Of a stretch of DNA of 64,000 nucleotides, positions 13,985 through 26,834 are shown in pieces. Below the pieces are notes generated by a model. That model searched no databases. It was not told where the DNA came from and worked only from the letters and a program-made list of their open reading frames with translations. This stretch comes from Callorhinchus milii (taxonomy: Eukaryota), in NCBI RefSeq assembly GCF_018977255.1, contig NW_024704742.1:88414001-88478000 (forward strand). The letters run 5' to 3'. Both the position numbers and the translations under genes were made by a program. The first letter of the stretch is position 1. Each line of letters begins with the position of its first letter.

Positions 13985-14445
13985 ATGACCTTCCCCTGGA
14001 CCAGCAGTTCAATTTCAAGATGCTCACCCTTATCTTTGAATGCCTCAACAGCTTCGTCTCAACCTATCTCTGTAAATTCCAACCTGCTCACTCCCTCCAC
14101 TGCACCACCTCTGGTCTGGTTCAGTTCCTATCCCCCTCCCTACCACTATTGACAGGCAAGCTTTAGGCCACCTTGTCCCACTTTCTGTATTTTCCCCCTA
14201 AATATCTCAACAACAACTTGCACTTATGTAGTGATCTTCACGGGGGGTAGCGTCCCAGATCTCCATCATTCCATCTCACTCACTCTCTCGTTGCTTTCAA
14301 AACACATCTCTGTGACTGTGCCTTTGGCCACCTTCATCCTACCTCTCCCTCTCTCATCTGCTCCGACTCCCTTTCCGTCCCTGTAAAGTGCTTTGAGACA
14401 TTCTCTTACATGAAGGAAGCAACATAAGAGCACATTGTTGTTATC
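13985..14445 (+). mobile_element. Degenerate L2 3' fragment containing an antisense L2 tail
   Basis: Similar to the other L2 pieces. Confidence 0.62.
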
Positions 14446-15074
14446 AAGAATCCCATTATCACCTATCACATTTTAGACCCTAACGTGCCTTACTGCCACC
14501 ATACGTTAAAGATCCCATGGCACTATTAAAAAAGAGAAGGGAGTTTCTCTCAGTGTCCTGGCCAACAATCCCCCAAATAAAATTGGCCACTCACTTCATG
14601 GCTGTTTGCAAGACATTGCTGTGTACAAATTAGCTGCCTACAAATCCAGTCACTGCACTATACAGTAAAATCCTGTTTATAGTAAAAGCTCTTTGAGACA
14701 TCTCGATGACGTGATAATTCACTGTATCAAATGTTAAGGCATAATGACAAGTAGGTGTTAAATGTATTGCCTATTCCTAGGCCCAGTCCTGAAATTTAGG
14801 GAAGAGTAAAACTCGATGCAGAGAAAAACTTTACCATCAAACTTCAAATGGTGCACATAATTCTACATTGATTATGGTGCACAACCTCTAAATAACAGAA
14901 ACACTACAGGACACCATTGAGGTAAAGATAACACAGATTGTTTTACATTTTATCCAGCAAATTGAGGCACTGGAGTAAGCAGCTGATAAATGATAGTTAA
15001 ACAATAACATAAATATAGGAATCTGCAGATTTTCAGGTCAAACATCAAACGTAAAAGTACTACAAAATACAGTC

Positions 15075-15942
15075 ATTCCGCTTGCTAGCCAGACATCATG
15101 GTATGTATGAGCACCAACTTTCTACAACTAAAAATGGACAAGATGGAAATCATCCTCCTTGACTCCCATCAACGTCTTCTCACCATTGGCTCTGGCTTCC
15201 TTAACCAACCCAGTCTATCCCTCAGACTTATCGAATCTGTGTGCAACCTAGTCATCAGGTTTAATCTTCAGCTGTCCTTCCTACCCCACATCCGGTCCCT
15301 GACCAGGACCACCTTCCTCCACCTCTGCCATGTCGCCCGCCTCGGTCCAAACCTCTCACCCAAGGAGTTGAAACCCTCATCCACGCTTTTGTCACTTTCC
15401 ACTTGATTTCTTCAAAGCCCATCTCGGTGGTCTTCCCAGCTCCACCATTCATAAAATCCAATTAATTGAAATCTCCACCATCCCTATCCTTACCTGTACC
15501 AAACTCTGTACTCCCATCACTTCAGTCCAGTGCCAGGCTCCATTGGCTCTCTATCACAGAATGCATCAATTTCAGGATCCTCATGCTCACCTACAAATCA
15601 CTTCATGTCCTAGCATGTCCTTTCCTGTCCAAGTTGTTCACACTCCACTCCTCTACCCAGTCCCTTCGCTCAGTCGTCTTGGTCTCCTGCGCATCCATAA
15701 TCCACTCTGCTCCACCATCACCAGTTGTGCTTTAGCCACTATGCCTTGAACCTCTAGCACTTCCTGTCCCAATCTCTCCACCTTTTCCGCTCTTTGCCCA
15801 TCTTCAGATCGCATCTGAAGACTTTGACCATCCCTGCAGTCCCCTTTTCAGCTCAGTGTCAAATCACGGCATTGTTAAGTGTTCTGAAACCATACCCTGG
15901 ATGAACAGCGCATATGTAAATGCAAATTGTTGTTGTTGTTGA
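15075..15942 (+). mobile_element. L2-clade LINE 3' fragment
   Basis: MSTNFLQLKMDKMEIILL and LHWLSITECINFRILMLTYKSLH resemble the L2 ORF2 C-terminal motifs (NFLQLN.DKTE; LHWLP...RI.FK.L.LTYK.L). Ends in (GTT)n. Confidence 0.82.
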
Positions 15943-17631
15943 TATTTACAGGAAACACTGTGCATTATTCAACAAATAGTTTAACATAATCAGGAGCAAA
16001 TCCACTCTGCCTGGTGGATTAGATATTTCTGATTTAATAGGTTAACTGCAATGAGAAAGAGTTCCGTCACTCAAGTAAATAATAATCCTACAATTCTTGC
16101 ATTTGAAAATGGGGTTGGTCATGTTATCAAGATATCTTCAAGTGTTTCATAGTACATACTGTAAAGTGCTGTGACTGTGCGTATTTTTTGTGCAAAGCAC
16201 TGTATTAAGAGTTACCAAATCAGGACGGCACAAATGAATGCGCAAGACTCAGAGACTTGCACCACTTTAATAATTCTCCATGTTACTAAGGAAAGCTGGT
16301 GATGGAAGTTTCAGTGAAGTGCCACTTCTCAAACTAGTTTGCACAATATGGGCCGAATGGCCTTCTTCTATGCTGTATAATTCTATGAAAATGAATAGTT
16401 CGGCATTTCTGGCAGAGGGAGAGAAAACAAGTTCCGGCTCCATATAAATTACTGATGTGCTCTAAGTGGTTTCACGCTCAGTTAATGAGCTTAACTATTA
16501 CTTTCATGGTTCGTTTAAAAGTTTCACGGTTCGTTAAGTAAAAATAAATAATACAGAAAATGTTTCCAGTTGAGGTGGATTTTTTTTTCTTTGCCAGCAG
16601 AGATTCCTGATTAATGCTCACGATAAATGTTTAAAAAAACTCTGTGGAAATGAAAGAAACCCATGAGTTAGCTGTGAACTTTCTCCGAAACAAACAAGCC
16701 TTTTCCTTAACCTGAGTTTTAGCTATTTATGTAATACGTACAGTTTAAACCACATCACTGGAGCACCCTGAAGCAAAACTGAGACTTGAATCTATCTCTC
16801 TTTCCTAAAAACAGTTTGCCGAACTGCAAAATGAACTCTAGGATCATGGAAAGTGGGATGAGGTTTGATGGGACAGTATGGCACATAATTATTATGATGG
16901 TGTTTGATATCGGATCTTTCACATTGGGCGGAGGTTTCAAAGTGTCTCCACAGCATTCACTATAAAGTCCGGTGACTCCTTATTTTTGTAGGCAAATGTA
17001 TTTTTGTGGGTATGTTGAAACACTAATGTCCTGCGCTTAGTCTGTAGGATTCCAGTTCACCTCCTTACATGGCCCTGTCCTCAAACCCCTTCAAGCCTTT
17101 ACCTTTCATGTACCTGTCCATTTCTCTATTGAAATAAAATCTGCTATGCTCTCCTTTCACTCTTGTGGCTATCTTATGCTTATGTCCTCTAATTACCCTC
17201 CCTCTCCCCTCGATCAGTTGAAAATGCATATTTCTTAATGGAGCACAGAGATTAATATACTGTTTCTTTAAAATGCAACTCAAATCAGTATTCAGAGCTT
17301 TCCACTGTTATTCAGTTGAGTTTTTAAGGTTACTGATTTGAAGACTTCAATCTCTCAGATATAGAAGTGGTAACAAGAGGGACTCCAGGATCATGGAAAG
17401 TGGGATGAGGTAAATATTATGAGCCTTTTCACGGTGTTGGTTTACAATGGACTCAAATTTATGGCAGCTAGAACAGGCCGTGAAAAATTCGATATTTTTG
17501 CATTTTCTCATCTTCAAATACTTCTTTATCTTGACTTCAAGACTTATCTCTGTGACCTTGGTCACCTTTACCCTCCGCACCCTCTTTAGCTCCCTCACTA
17601 AGTGTCCCAGCTCGGGTATCCAGCCAGCAGT

Positions 17632-17895
17632 ACAACAACAACAACTTGCATTTATATAGCACCCCTCAAGTAGGGTAATGTCTCAGAGCGCTTGACAGTG
17701 GCGGAGCACGACGCTGAGCTGGGGGGAGGGGGGAGATGACTGTAAACATGTTGATGTGGAAAGTCTTCAGCTATGACTTGAGGATGGGGAAGGAGGCATC
17801 AAGGTGGAAGGATTGAGGAAGAGTGTTCTTGAGTTCAGGGGGTAGAAGCTAAAAGCCAGCCTCCGATGGTGGATCGGAGTGTACGAGGGACATTG
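17632..17895 (-). mobile_element. L2 3' fragment
   Basis: (CAA)n-cttgcatttatatagc tail followed by purine-rich L2 3' sequence. Confidence 0.62.
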
Positions 17896-18229
17896 AGACC
17901 TCCTCCCAATGTTCAAAACCCATTGAAACGTTCTCCCAATGTGAAAAGCTCCATATAAAATGTAAACTGTATTGTATCTAAGTCTTTATTGGATCCGATA
18001 GGAAGAGGAGCCCTAGCTTTTATGGCACAGATTTTCATGTCACTCATTGATTTTACCAATCACCTACAACACGTATAATCAGTCAGATTTACTCTATTTA
18101 TCTGTGAGAGAAAAAAAAGCTGAAATGTAATGTTATTGCATCATGACGTAACAAAAAAAACCTGCCACTTGTCCAGTCCTCCTTACCCACCCCAGTCACA
18201 GGAGCAAACCCTGGGAAAATTATACAAAC

Positions 18230-18620
18230 AGCCGCAAATATTTAAAACCTGCTTTGTGCCTGTGTGCTTACACTCATTTTGGAGTTGAAAGCATTTCTCC
18301 TTTCAGTTTTATTCTTTCATTAGCACAGGGCGTGCTAATTAATTGGAATTTTCCAGTGCTTTTGTGGCTCTGAAAAAAACATTCCTTCATCTTAAAGAGG
18401 GTCCATATACCTTCCAAAGGGCAGCACAAAGCCAGTGGTAATAAGAGGTAGGATTAAGCCCACTTTGAATGACTCAGCCCCTGTAAAGACTGCTGCAGTT
18501 CCTGCCCCTAGCCTTCAACCTTGCCAAAACTGATTTATGGGCACTGACATCTTAACCGCAACTATTCTTCCCCCAAAAAGGAGGCTGTCTTGTTGACATT
18601 GTTTAAGATCAGAAATTAAC
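18230..18620. promoter_or_regulatory. Candidate intronic enhancer / conserved non-coding element
   Basis: Repeat-free. CTAATTAATTGG (18335), GGATTA (18451), TGACTCA (18470), and TGATTTATGG (18531) next to TGACA (18545). Confidence 0.4.
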
Positions 18621-18969
18621 TATTGAACAGACTTGGCTTGGTCTAAAACCAGGAGAGGACTGGGAAAATATAACATCTGAATTTGTATAAAATTCTATAA
18701 AAAGATTTGGCCGCTCGTGAAAGTGATCAGGAACTGATACTGCATTCTCCCCTCTGGCTGCACCCCTCACCCTCCACCCACCTTCCCTTCCCTCCCTCCC
18801 TGGCCATTGTTCTTAGTATTTGAAATGTACTTGACATTGTGTTCGTATTATATACCTTACAGGCAAAAGAGGTAGGACATGACTCTTCCTCATCTGTCTG
18901 TCAAAACATTGCCATGGTAACCTGGCCATTCTGCTTAGATCTTATATAATGTGATGGTCTGGTTGTGAA

Positions 18970-19310
18970 GCACATGTATAAACACATTCTTGAAGAAATG
19001 CACATACACACATATAAACACACACATGAATATATAACAGTGCGCATATTAATACACATGTACACAAACACATATAGAAACACACACATTCTTACATTTA
19101 TACACAAATACATATACAAATGCATACACATAAATACACATGTACACAAACATACCAATACGCATACATAAACATGCGCACATAAATACACATATACACA
19201 AACATATATAAATTCACACCTAAATACATATTTACACAAACACAAATGTGAACATGTATACATAAATACCCATATACAAACATACCCCACACAAAGAACA
19301 CATTCATCTG
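18970..19310. repeat. Degenerate (CA/TA)n microsatellite
   Basis: Directly visible. Confidence 0.9.
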
Positions 19311-19590
19311 AACTTTAAACTACATGTATTGAACATGTATGTGCAGTTTGCATTGCAATATAAACCCAAACCTGGTCACCCACAATTGATTCTTTTCTTA
19401 CCCCTGCCCCAAGAGATCTAATGATTAAATGTTTATCAGATACCTCGTGACTAACTCAGATGTGTACTATAGCTGTACCTTTCGTCCCCTGAAGGCACTT
19501 CTTGCTTTGATATAAAGGTCTGGGATTGGATGTACATTTGAGAGTAGGAAACAAAACATGTCCATTCCTTGGCTCTTTGTCCTGATAACA

Positions 19591-19970
19591 TCTTTATCTG
19601 TGATTAACTGTGTAAACTTCCTTGACAGAGATTAGCCCTGTAATGTTCCTGCCTGCGATGAACCCCATAGCACCCTTACCTATGATTCACCCTGTGATTG
19701 ATTCTTACCCAAGATTATCCTTTTAATGTCCTTACCTGCAATTAATTCTATAATTCTACTTATCTGCAAATACCATTCTAATGTCTTTACCTTAGATTAA
19801 CCCCGTAATGTCCTTACCCGAGATTAACTGTAATTTCCTTACCTGAGATTAACCCTCTATTGTCCTTAGCTTCAATTAACTTGTAACACTCTTTCCTGCG
19901 ATTACTTGTATAACGTTCTTTCCTGCAATTAGTCCTATAATATCCTTACTTGCAATTAACTCTGTATATC
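19591..19970. repeat. Degenerate ~27-bp minisatellite, about 14 units (ccttacctgagattaaccctgtaatgt)
   Basis: Periodic cttacc/ctttcc...attaac...taatgt units. Confidence 0.85.
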
Positions 19971-20487
19971 TCATTAAATGATAGTTAGTTTTCAATGGTC
20001 AGTTTATATTGTTAAAGGTACAATTAGAAAAACACAGAAAGTCTTCTGCCATCGATATTTGGAAATAGAGCAATCAAATGAGACCTGCTTCAATTGAACT
20101 TCAAAACTAGCAAGTAGAAGCTGAATTATATACACTGAATTAATCACTAATATTACATGACAATTCTTAATTGAGTTCAGTAATGGTGACTCCATGTCAC
20201 AAATAAGTGATCCTTGCTGATAACTGGGAGTAAATCATGCTGGACACTGGCAATGCCTTCTTCTACTTCTAGGCATGTCAGAACAGAGCTCTCACAGCTT
20301 AGTTTGACGTGCTTCTGGTTATGCAGAAATGAGTTCTTAGAGTCTAGGAGTCAATATTATTGGGAATTGGACCTCACATGGTCTAGGCTAACATTCCAGA
20401 GCAGTGCTGGAGGTGTGCTGCATTGTTGGAGGTCCCGTCCTTCGGATGAAACAATAGATAGCATATATTCCACAGTCATATTGTGTT

Positions 20488-20878
20488 TCAGCTTGTCTCA
20501 GTTGGTAACACTCTCGTCTCTGGGTCAGAAGGTTGTCGATTTAAACACTATGTCAGGACTTGAAGCGCATATAGTTTAAGTTGACACTCCAATGCCGTGC
20601 TGGGGAGTGATGCATTGTCGGGGTGCCGTCCATGGGATTAAATGTTAAATCAAGGTTCATTTGCCTGTTCAGGTTGATGTTAAAGATCCTGTGGCATTTT
20701 TCTAAAAGAGAAAGAAGTTTCTCCTGGTGTTCTGGCCAAATATCCCCCAAATAAAATTGGTCACTCACTTAATAGCTGTCTGTGGGACATTGTTGTGTGC
20801 AAATTGGCTGCCACATTTGCCCACACAATACAAAGTCACTACACTTTACAGAACCTTTGTGAAACTTTTTGAGATGTA
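20488..20878 (+). mobile_element. Older Deu-domain tRNA SINE (SacSINE1/AmnSINE1-like), near full length
   Basis: tRNA-like head, then gagtgatgcattgtcggggtgccgtc...gttaaagatcctgtggca...cctggtgttctggccaa...tgtgggacattg...aaattggctgcc, characteristic of the Deu domain. Confidence 0.8.
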
Positions 20879-21163
20879 TGCTATTATAGATGATGTATTA
20901 TTAATAGTCATGTATTATATCCCTCTATCAGGACACACACAGTGTAATTTAACACCAACTTTCAAGCCTCAAATCCATGTTCAGAAATGAAATGGATTGA
21001 CTATACATGGGAAACCATTTTACAATTTACAGTGTGTTTGGTAATAATGTGCTGATGAAAATAAATTTTACAACTATGTTACAATTACTATGCGGTGTTA
21101 CTAAAGGTATTCCATTCCTGATTTATCTCTGGTTTTAATTAAGAATGGAATGCATTTATGAAA

Positions 21164-21586
21164 AATAATAACATTAATCCTTACATTTTGGTTCAGCATC
21201 TTTCACTTCAGAATGACATCTCAAAGCACTTAATAGGATTTGTGTTTTGTAGGTGAACATGGCAGCCAATTTCTGCACAGCAATGTTCCACAAACAGCCA
21301 TGAAATGAATGACCAATTTTATTTTATTTTATTTTATTTGAGGGGATTCCAGAACACTGGAAGAGACTCCCTTCTCTTTTCAAATAGTGCCCCAATAGAG
21401 ACTTCAACATCCACCTGGAGCCTCAGTTTAACATCTCCCCAAAGAATGGCACCTCCGACAATGCAGCACACCCCAACACTGCACTGGAGTATTAGCATAG
21501 ACAATGTAAATTCCAAGTCCCAACGGAGGCTTGAACTCACAACCTTCTGACTCCAAGGTGAGAGTGCTCCCAAATGAGCTAAGGTG
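21164..21586 (-). mobile_element. Older Deu-domain SINE, near full length
   Basis: Reverse complement of the same consensus. Confidence 0.8.
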
Positions 21587-22380
21587 ACCCCTGAGTACTG
21601 CAGCCAGGAGTTTTTGACCAGTATGGTACCAATAACATGATGTTCCAGGTGGCTTTATGATCAATGTCACTGCATTCTTATTCCTTGATCTGTGTCACAC
21701 TGCTCCTACTGTGTTGTGCGCGGCCCCTGCACTAACGGCCATATATTATGAAATGAGAACAGGTAGCTGGCAGTGAGTTAAGGCCATTATTTAATCTGAA
21801 TCTCCTGAGCTCTGCCTGACATTCATAAATCTCTCAAGCATTACTTTTGCCATTCCCATCGTCATCAGAACCGTTTGATTGAATTAGTGCCTTGCAGCTC
21901 AATGCCAAATGCCTATTATCCTATAGTCACTAAATAACGGTATGAAACACTTCATATAATGGGAAAACCTTGTTAACAGTGGAGCTGGGTAGACCAGCGT
22001 TGGAAAAAACTCAAGAGGGAGGTGACAAAAGCACAAATGAGAGTTTCAGGAGCAGAGGTTAACATCTTGGAGCATTTCACAGAAGTAGGATTGGACACTG
22101 AGGTTGAAAGGAGAGGACAAGGAGAGGCGAGAAGTGTGAAGTCAAAGAAGTAGATTTACAACAACAACTTGCATTTTATATTTATATTTATTTTATATTT
22201 ATATTTATTTATAAGGTGGCATTCCAGAGCGCTTACGGTGGCATTTAAAGAGACAGGGTGAGATAGAAGGACTGAGGGACGGATCTCCAGAGGGTAGGAG
22301 TGCTTCACTGTCAAACATTCCTTTCTGGGGCAGTATGCAAACACCCCTCTGAAAGGGATGCTGAGAGCAGGTTCATAGAA

Positions 22381-25050
22381 TCATAGAATCGTACAGCACA
22401 AAAAGAGGCCATTCGGCCCACTGAGTCTGTGCCGGCTCTTTGAAAAGAGCAATGTAATGTCAATCCCACTCCCAGCCCTTTCCCCATAACCCTGCAAACC
22501 CGTCCTCCTCAAATACCCGTCCACCGCGTTTTTAAAAGTTGTTATCGAATCGGACTCCACCACCCTTTCAGGCAATGCGTTCCAGATTCGAACAACTCGC
22601 TGCGTGAAAAAATTTCTTCTCACCTCCCCTCTGCTTCTTTTAGATACTGTTTTAAATCTGTGACCTCGAGTCACCGACACACCCACCAGTGGAAACAGTT
22701 TTGACCTTTCTAACCTATCAAATCCCCTCATGATTTTGAAGACCTCTATTAGGTCTCCTCGTAACCTTCTCTGCTCCTATGAGAATAATTCCAGCCTCTC
22801 TAACCTTTCCTCATAATCAAGGTCCCTCATTCCTGGTACCATTCTTGTAAATCTCCTCTGCACCCTTTCCAATGCCTTAACATCCTTCCTATAGTGTGGT
22901 GCCCAGAACTGGGCGCAGTATTCTAACTGAGGCCTAACCAGTGTTTTATAGAGGTTAATCATAACCTCCTGACTCTTGTACTCTATGCCCCTATTTATAA
23001 AGCCTGGTATCCCATATGCCCTTTTTACAGCTTTATCTACCTGTCCTGCCACCTTCAAGGATTAATTTGCCTGAACCCCCAGGTTTCTCTGTTGCTTCAC
23101 CCCCCTTAAGATTGTATTGCATAGCCTATATTGCCTCCCCTCATTCTTTCTTCCAAAATGCAATACCTCGCATTTCTCCACATTGAAATTCATCTGCCAT
23201 GTGTCTGCCCATTTTACCATTCTGTCTATGTTTTCCTGCAGTTGGCTACTATCCTTCTCACTGTTCACTACCCTACCTAACTTTGTGTCGTCTGCAAACT
23301 TGGAAATGGTACTTGCTATACCCAAGGACAGATCATTTATATATATTAAGAAGAGCAGTGGTCCTAATACCGATCCCTGAGGGACGCCACTGTACACTTC
23401 CCTCCAGTCAGAAAAGCAGCCGTTCACCACAACTCTCTGCTTTCTGTCTCCCAGCCAGTTCTGGATCCATGCTGCCACTGTCCCTTTTATACCATGGGCT
23501 TCTATTTTTCTTACAAGTCTTTCACGTGGCACTTTGTCAAATGCCTTTTGAAAGTCCATATAAACTACATCAACTGCACTACCTTTATCCACCCTCTCCG
23601 TTACCTCATCGAAAAATTCTATTAGATTTGTTAGACAAGATTTGCCTTTAACAAATCCATGTTGGCTGTCCCTAATTAACCCATATTCTTCTAAGTGAAG
23701 ATTTATTCTGTCTCGGATTATCATCTCCAAGAGTTTCCCCACTACTGATGTTAGGCTGACTGGGCTGTAGTTCCCAGGTTTATCCTTCTGCCCTTTTTGT
23801 ACAGAGGAATAACATTGGCCACTCTCCAGTCCTCTGGCACCACTCCTGTGTCCAATGAAGATTGAAAAATTGTAGCCAAAGCCTCCACTGTTTGTATCTG
23901 CGCCTCCCATAGTACCCTTGGATGCATCCCATCCGGACCGGGCAATTTACCTACCTTGAGCCCAGTCAACCTTTTCAGTACTTCCTCTCTGTTTATACTT
24001 ATCCTATCCATTTTCTCTACCCTCTCCTCCGATACTGCGGCATTTGGTGCATCCACTTCTTTTCTGAAGACAGATGCAAAGTACTCATTCAATACATCAG
24101 CCATGCCCTCTGCCTCCACAATAAGATGTCCCCCTTGGTCCTTGATTGGCCCCACCCTACCTTTAACTAACCTTTTCTTCTTGATATGTTTGTAAAATAT
24201 TTTAGAATCTTTTTGCCCTTCTTATTTCCTTTTTCAGTTCTCTTCTGTACTTCCTATATTCTATTTGGTTGTCTTCTGTGTCTTGGGTTTGACATTTGTC
24301 ATACGCCTCCTTTTTCTGCATCATTCTAGACACAATTACTTTCATCATCCAGGGAGGTTTGGATGCCCTACTTTTCCCTTTTGTAGGAATGTATTTGTTC
24401 TGTCCCCGAGCTATCTCATCCTTGAAGACTTCCCACTGCTCTTTAATTGTTTTACCTGCCAATCTTTCTTTCCAGTCCACCTTGGCTAGGTCCCTTTTTA
24501 ACTCACTGAAATTAGTCCTCTTCCAGTTGAGTATCTTCACCTTTGATGGTTCCTTGTCCTTTTCCATATGCACTCTGAATCTAATGATGTTGTGATCACT
24601 ATTGCCCAGATGCTCTCCCACTGAAACCTGCTCCACTTGCCCTACTTTATTCCCCAGAACTAGATCCACACTGCTTCCTTCCTCATTGGGCTGGAAACGT
24701 ACTGATCAAGAAAGTTGTCCTGCATGCATTTTAGAAATCTTTCCCCCTCCTTGCCCTTTGTGCTGTTGTTTTGCCAGTCTATGTTGGGATAACTAATGTC
24801 CCCCATTATCACAACTCTATTGGCCTTGCATCTGTCTGAGATCTGCTTGCAGATCTGCTCATCTATTTCCTTCCCACTATTTGGTGATCTATAGTTTACC
24901 CCTACCAGCATAACGGCTCCNTTTTTGTTCCTTGATTCTAACCAGATAGATTAGAGCACCTCGACCCTTTCTACGGCTATAACCGTATCCTTGATTAAAA
25001 TTGCCACACACCCTCCTTTTTTTCCTTCCCTTAGGCACACGGACTCCAAG
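22381..25050 (-). pseudogene. CR1 ORF2 (APE endonuclease plus reverse transcriptase), broken into several frames
   Basis: KKGGCVAILIKD, VGVNYRSPNS, VIMGD..YPNIDW, DLVLGN, LGNSDHN (APE); PGPDGMHPRVL, DFQKAFDKVP, GVPQGSVLGPLLFLIYINDL, KFADDTKL, RPQLEYC, RNFFTQRVV (RT and C-terminus). The APE N-terminus appears deleted. Confidence 0.92.
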
Positions 25051-25138
25051 ACCGACTTGACCTGTTCTGCGCTTCCCCCCCATTTTATTTCTCCATTTTC
25101 TTGCCCCTTGGCTTTTGCATTCCATTCCCCCCTCAAAG

Positions 25139-26210
25139 CTAGTTTAAACCCTCCCCTACAGCATTAGATAGCCTGTCTGCAAGGACATTCACCCCAGCCC
25201 TGTTTAGGTGTAACCCATCCATATGGTACAGATCCCACCTGCCCCGGAACTGGTCCCAATGATCCATAAACCTGAAGCCCTCTTTTCTGGACCATTTCTC
25301 CAGCCAAGCATTCATATGCTTGATCCTGCCATTATGGTACTTATTTGCCCGAGGCACAGAGAGTAATCCACAGATCACCACCTTGGATGTTCTATTCTTT
25401 AGTTTGTTCCCCAGCTTTTGATATTCTCCCAGTAATGTCTCAGCCTTTTATTTTTACCAATATCATGGAACCCCACCTGACCACCACTTCTGGATGTTGT
25501 CCTTCCCCCTGAAGAATTTTATCCACCCTTTCTGCGATGTGTAAGACTTGCACCAGGCAGGCAACATACCATCCTTGAATCCTGTCTTCTGTTACAGAAA
25601 CGTCGGTCTATACCTCTCACTGTTGTATCCCCTATGACAACAGCATTGCTCCTGTTACCTGTGTCCCTCTGTTCAACCAATCGTTTTTTACTGTCCTCCT
25701 GGAGATACCCACACTCTCAATGTTCAGTACAGAGTACCAGTTTGAGAGTGCTACACCATTGGAGGCATTCTGCCCTGCCCGTCCCCTCTTCCTACCATGC
25801 CGGACAGTCACCCAGTCATTTTCCATCTGAACCCTCGGTGGCTGTAAGGTGACCACCTCCTGAAGTGTCTGGTCCATCAAATCCTCACATCCACTGTACA
25901 AGTTTGAAGCCCAAGGCTCCATCATCACTCTCTCAGGGGTCCCATTATCTGCAGGATTGATAAAGCTATCCTGTCCCTGACCATTAACCAGATGCAAGCA
26001 TCTCCCGAGCCTCAGGGGAGTGATGATTTCCTCCATCATACTGTCCAGGAACCTCTCACTGTCCCGGATGGAGCACAGTGTCTGCATCTCAGCTTCCAGC
26101 TCAGCTACCCTCAGCGAGTTGCACTTGCTGCAGACGGAGTTGCCCGGGCTCAGGGCGCCTTCCATTAACTCCCACATGTCACAGTCCTCGCATTTCATTT
26201 GCCACATCAT
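25139..26210 (-). pseudogene. CR1 ORF1 (zinc finger/leucine zipper plus SGNH esterase), frameshifted
   Basis: CEDCDMWE...CSKC..LRVAELEAEMQTL (zinc finger/leucine zipper); VIGDTTVRGIDRRFC...MVCCLPGA; WSRKEGFRFMDHW...DGLHLNRAG (esterase blocks). Confidence 0.88.
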
Positions 26211-26834
26211 CTTCTCACACAGTGTTTTCAATATATATATTTTTTATTTTTTGTTTTTTTGTTTTTATTTGTCGTCAGTGTTGTAGTTTCTGAGAGTTAC
26301 TTGTTTGTTGATGTCTCCCTGGTTCTGCAGTTGAAAATGACATCACACCAACTTCACTTTTTCTTTTTTCGTAGCTCTGACCGTTCCCAGCTTACCTCAG
26401 GCTCCGCCTCCGCTCTGTCCTGACCCCTCTCCCCGAATTGGTTGGCTGAGATTGGATCACCCACCGGTGATCCCTTCTGGGTGAGGAGGGAAAAGCACCT
26501 CATCCTCATCTCACAGTGTGTGTCCCAGTCAGTCTCACTGTGTGTGGGCCTGAGAGCCTATCAAGTGGCTTACAGATACAATAGTCAAAGAGAATAGCAT
26601 TCTTGAGCAACTTTCAGCAGTTTACTGAAACTGATAACCGTTTCAGGCAAGTATAAAGCAAGCGGAAAAAGCGCCAAAGCAGCAGGAATTAGATCATGAT
26701 AATCCTGCCAAGCTCCAACCTTCCAAGATTCAGCCTCACTCACCTGCATTTAACCCCTCCATCGGATCTCCTGTTTTCCCATTGGAAAAAACGAAACACC
26801 TTGGAATTATATCTTAACATTTCTGCCAACTGTC

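Larger units (their letters stand above)
22373..26550 (-). mobile_element. Near full-length, inactivated CR1-clade LINE
   Basis: 5' region, ORF1, ORF2 remnants and the CR1-typical (ATTCTATG)n 3' tail at 22373-22390 are in the correct order. Multiple frameshifts and internal deletions. The 5' boundary is approximate. Confidence 0.93.

Noticed and set aside
19591..19970. CRISPR-like array
   Set aside because: Units are contiguous and degenerate with no unique spacers, in a eukaryotic context with no cas genes.
23062..23910. Active or domesticated reverse transcriptase
   Set aside because: It is one fragment of a frameshifted, internally deleted CR1 ORF2.
22361..26557. ctgagagc as the target-site duplication of the CR1
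   Set aside because: The 8-mer on the left is separated from the tail by 4 nt that do not match the right flank, and the 5' end is uncertain.
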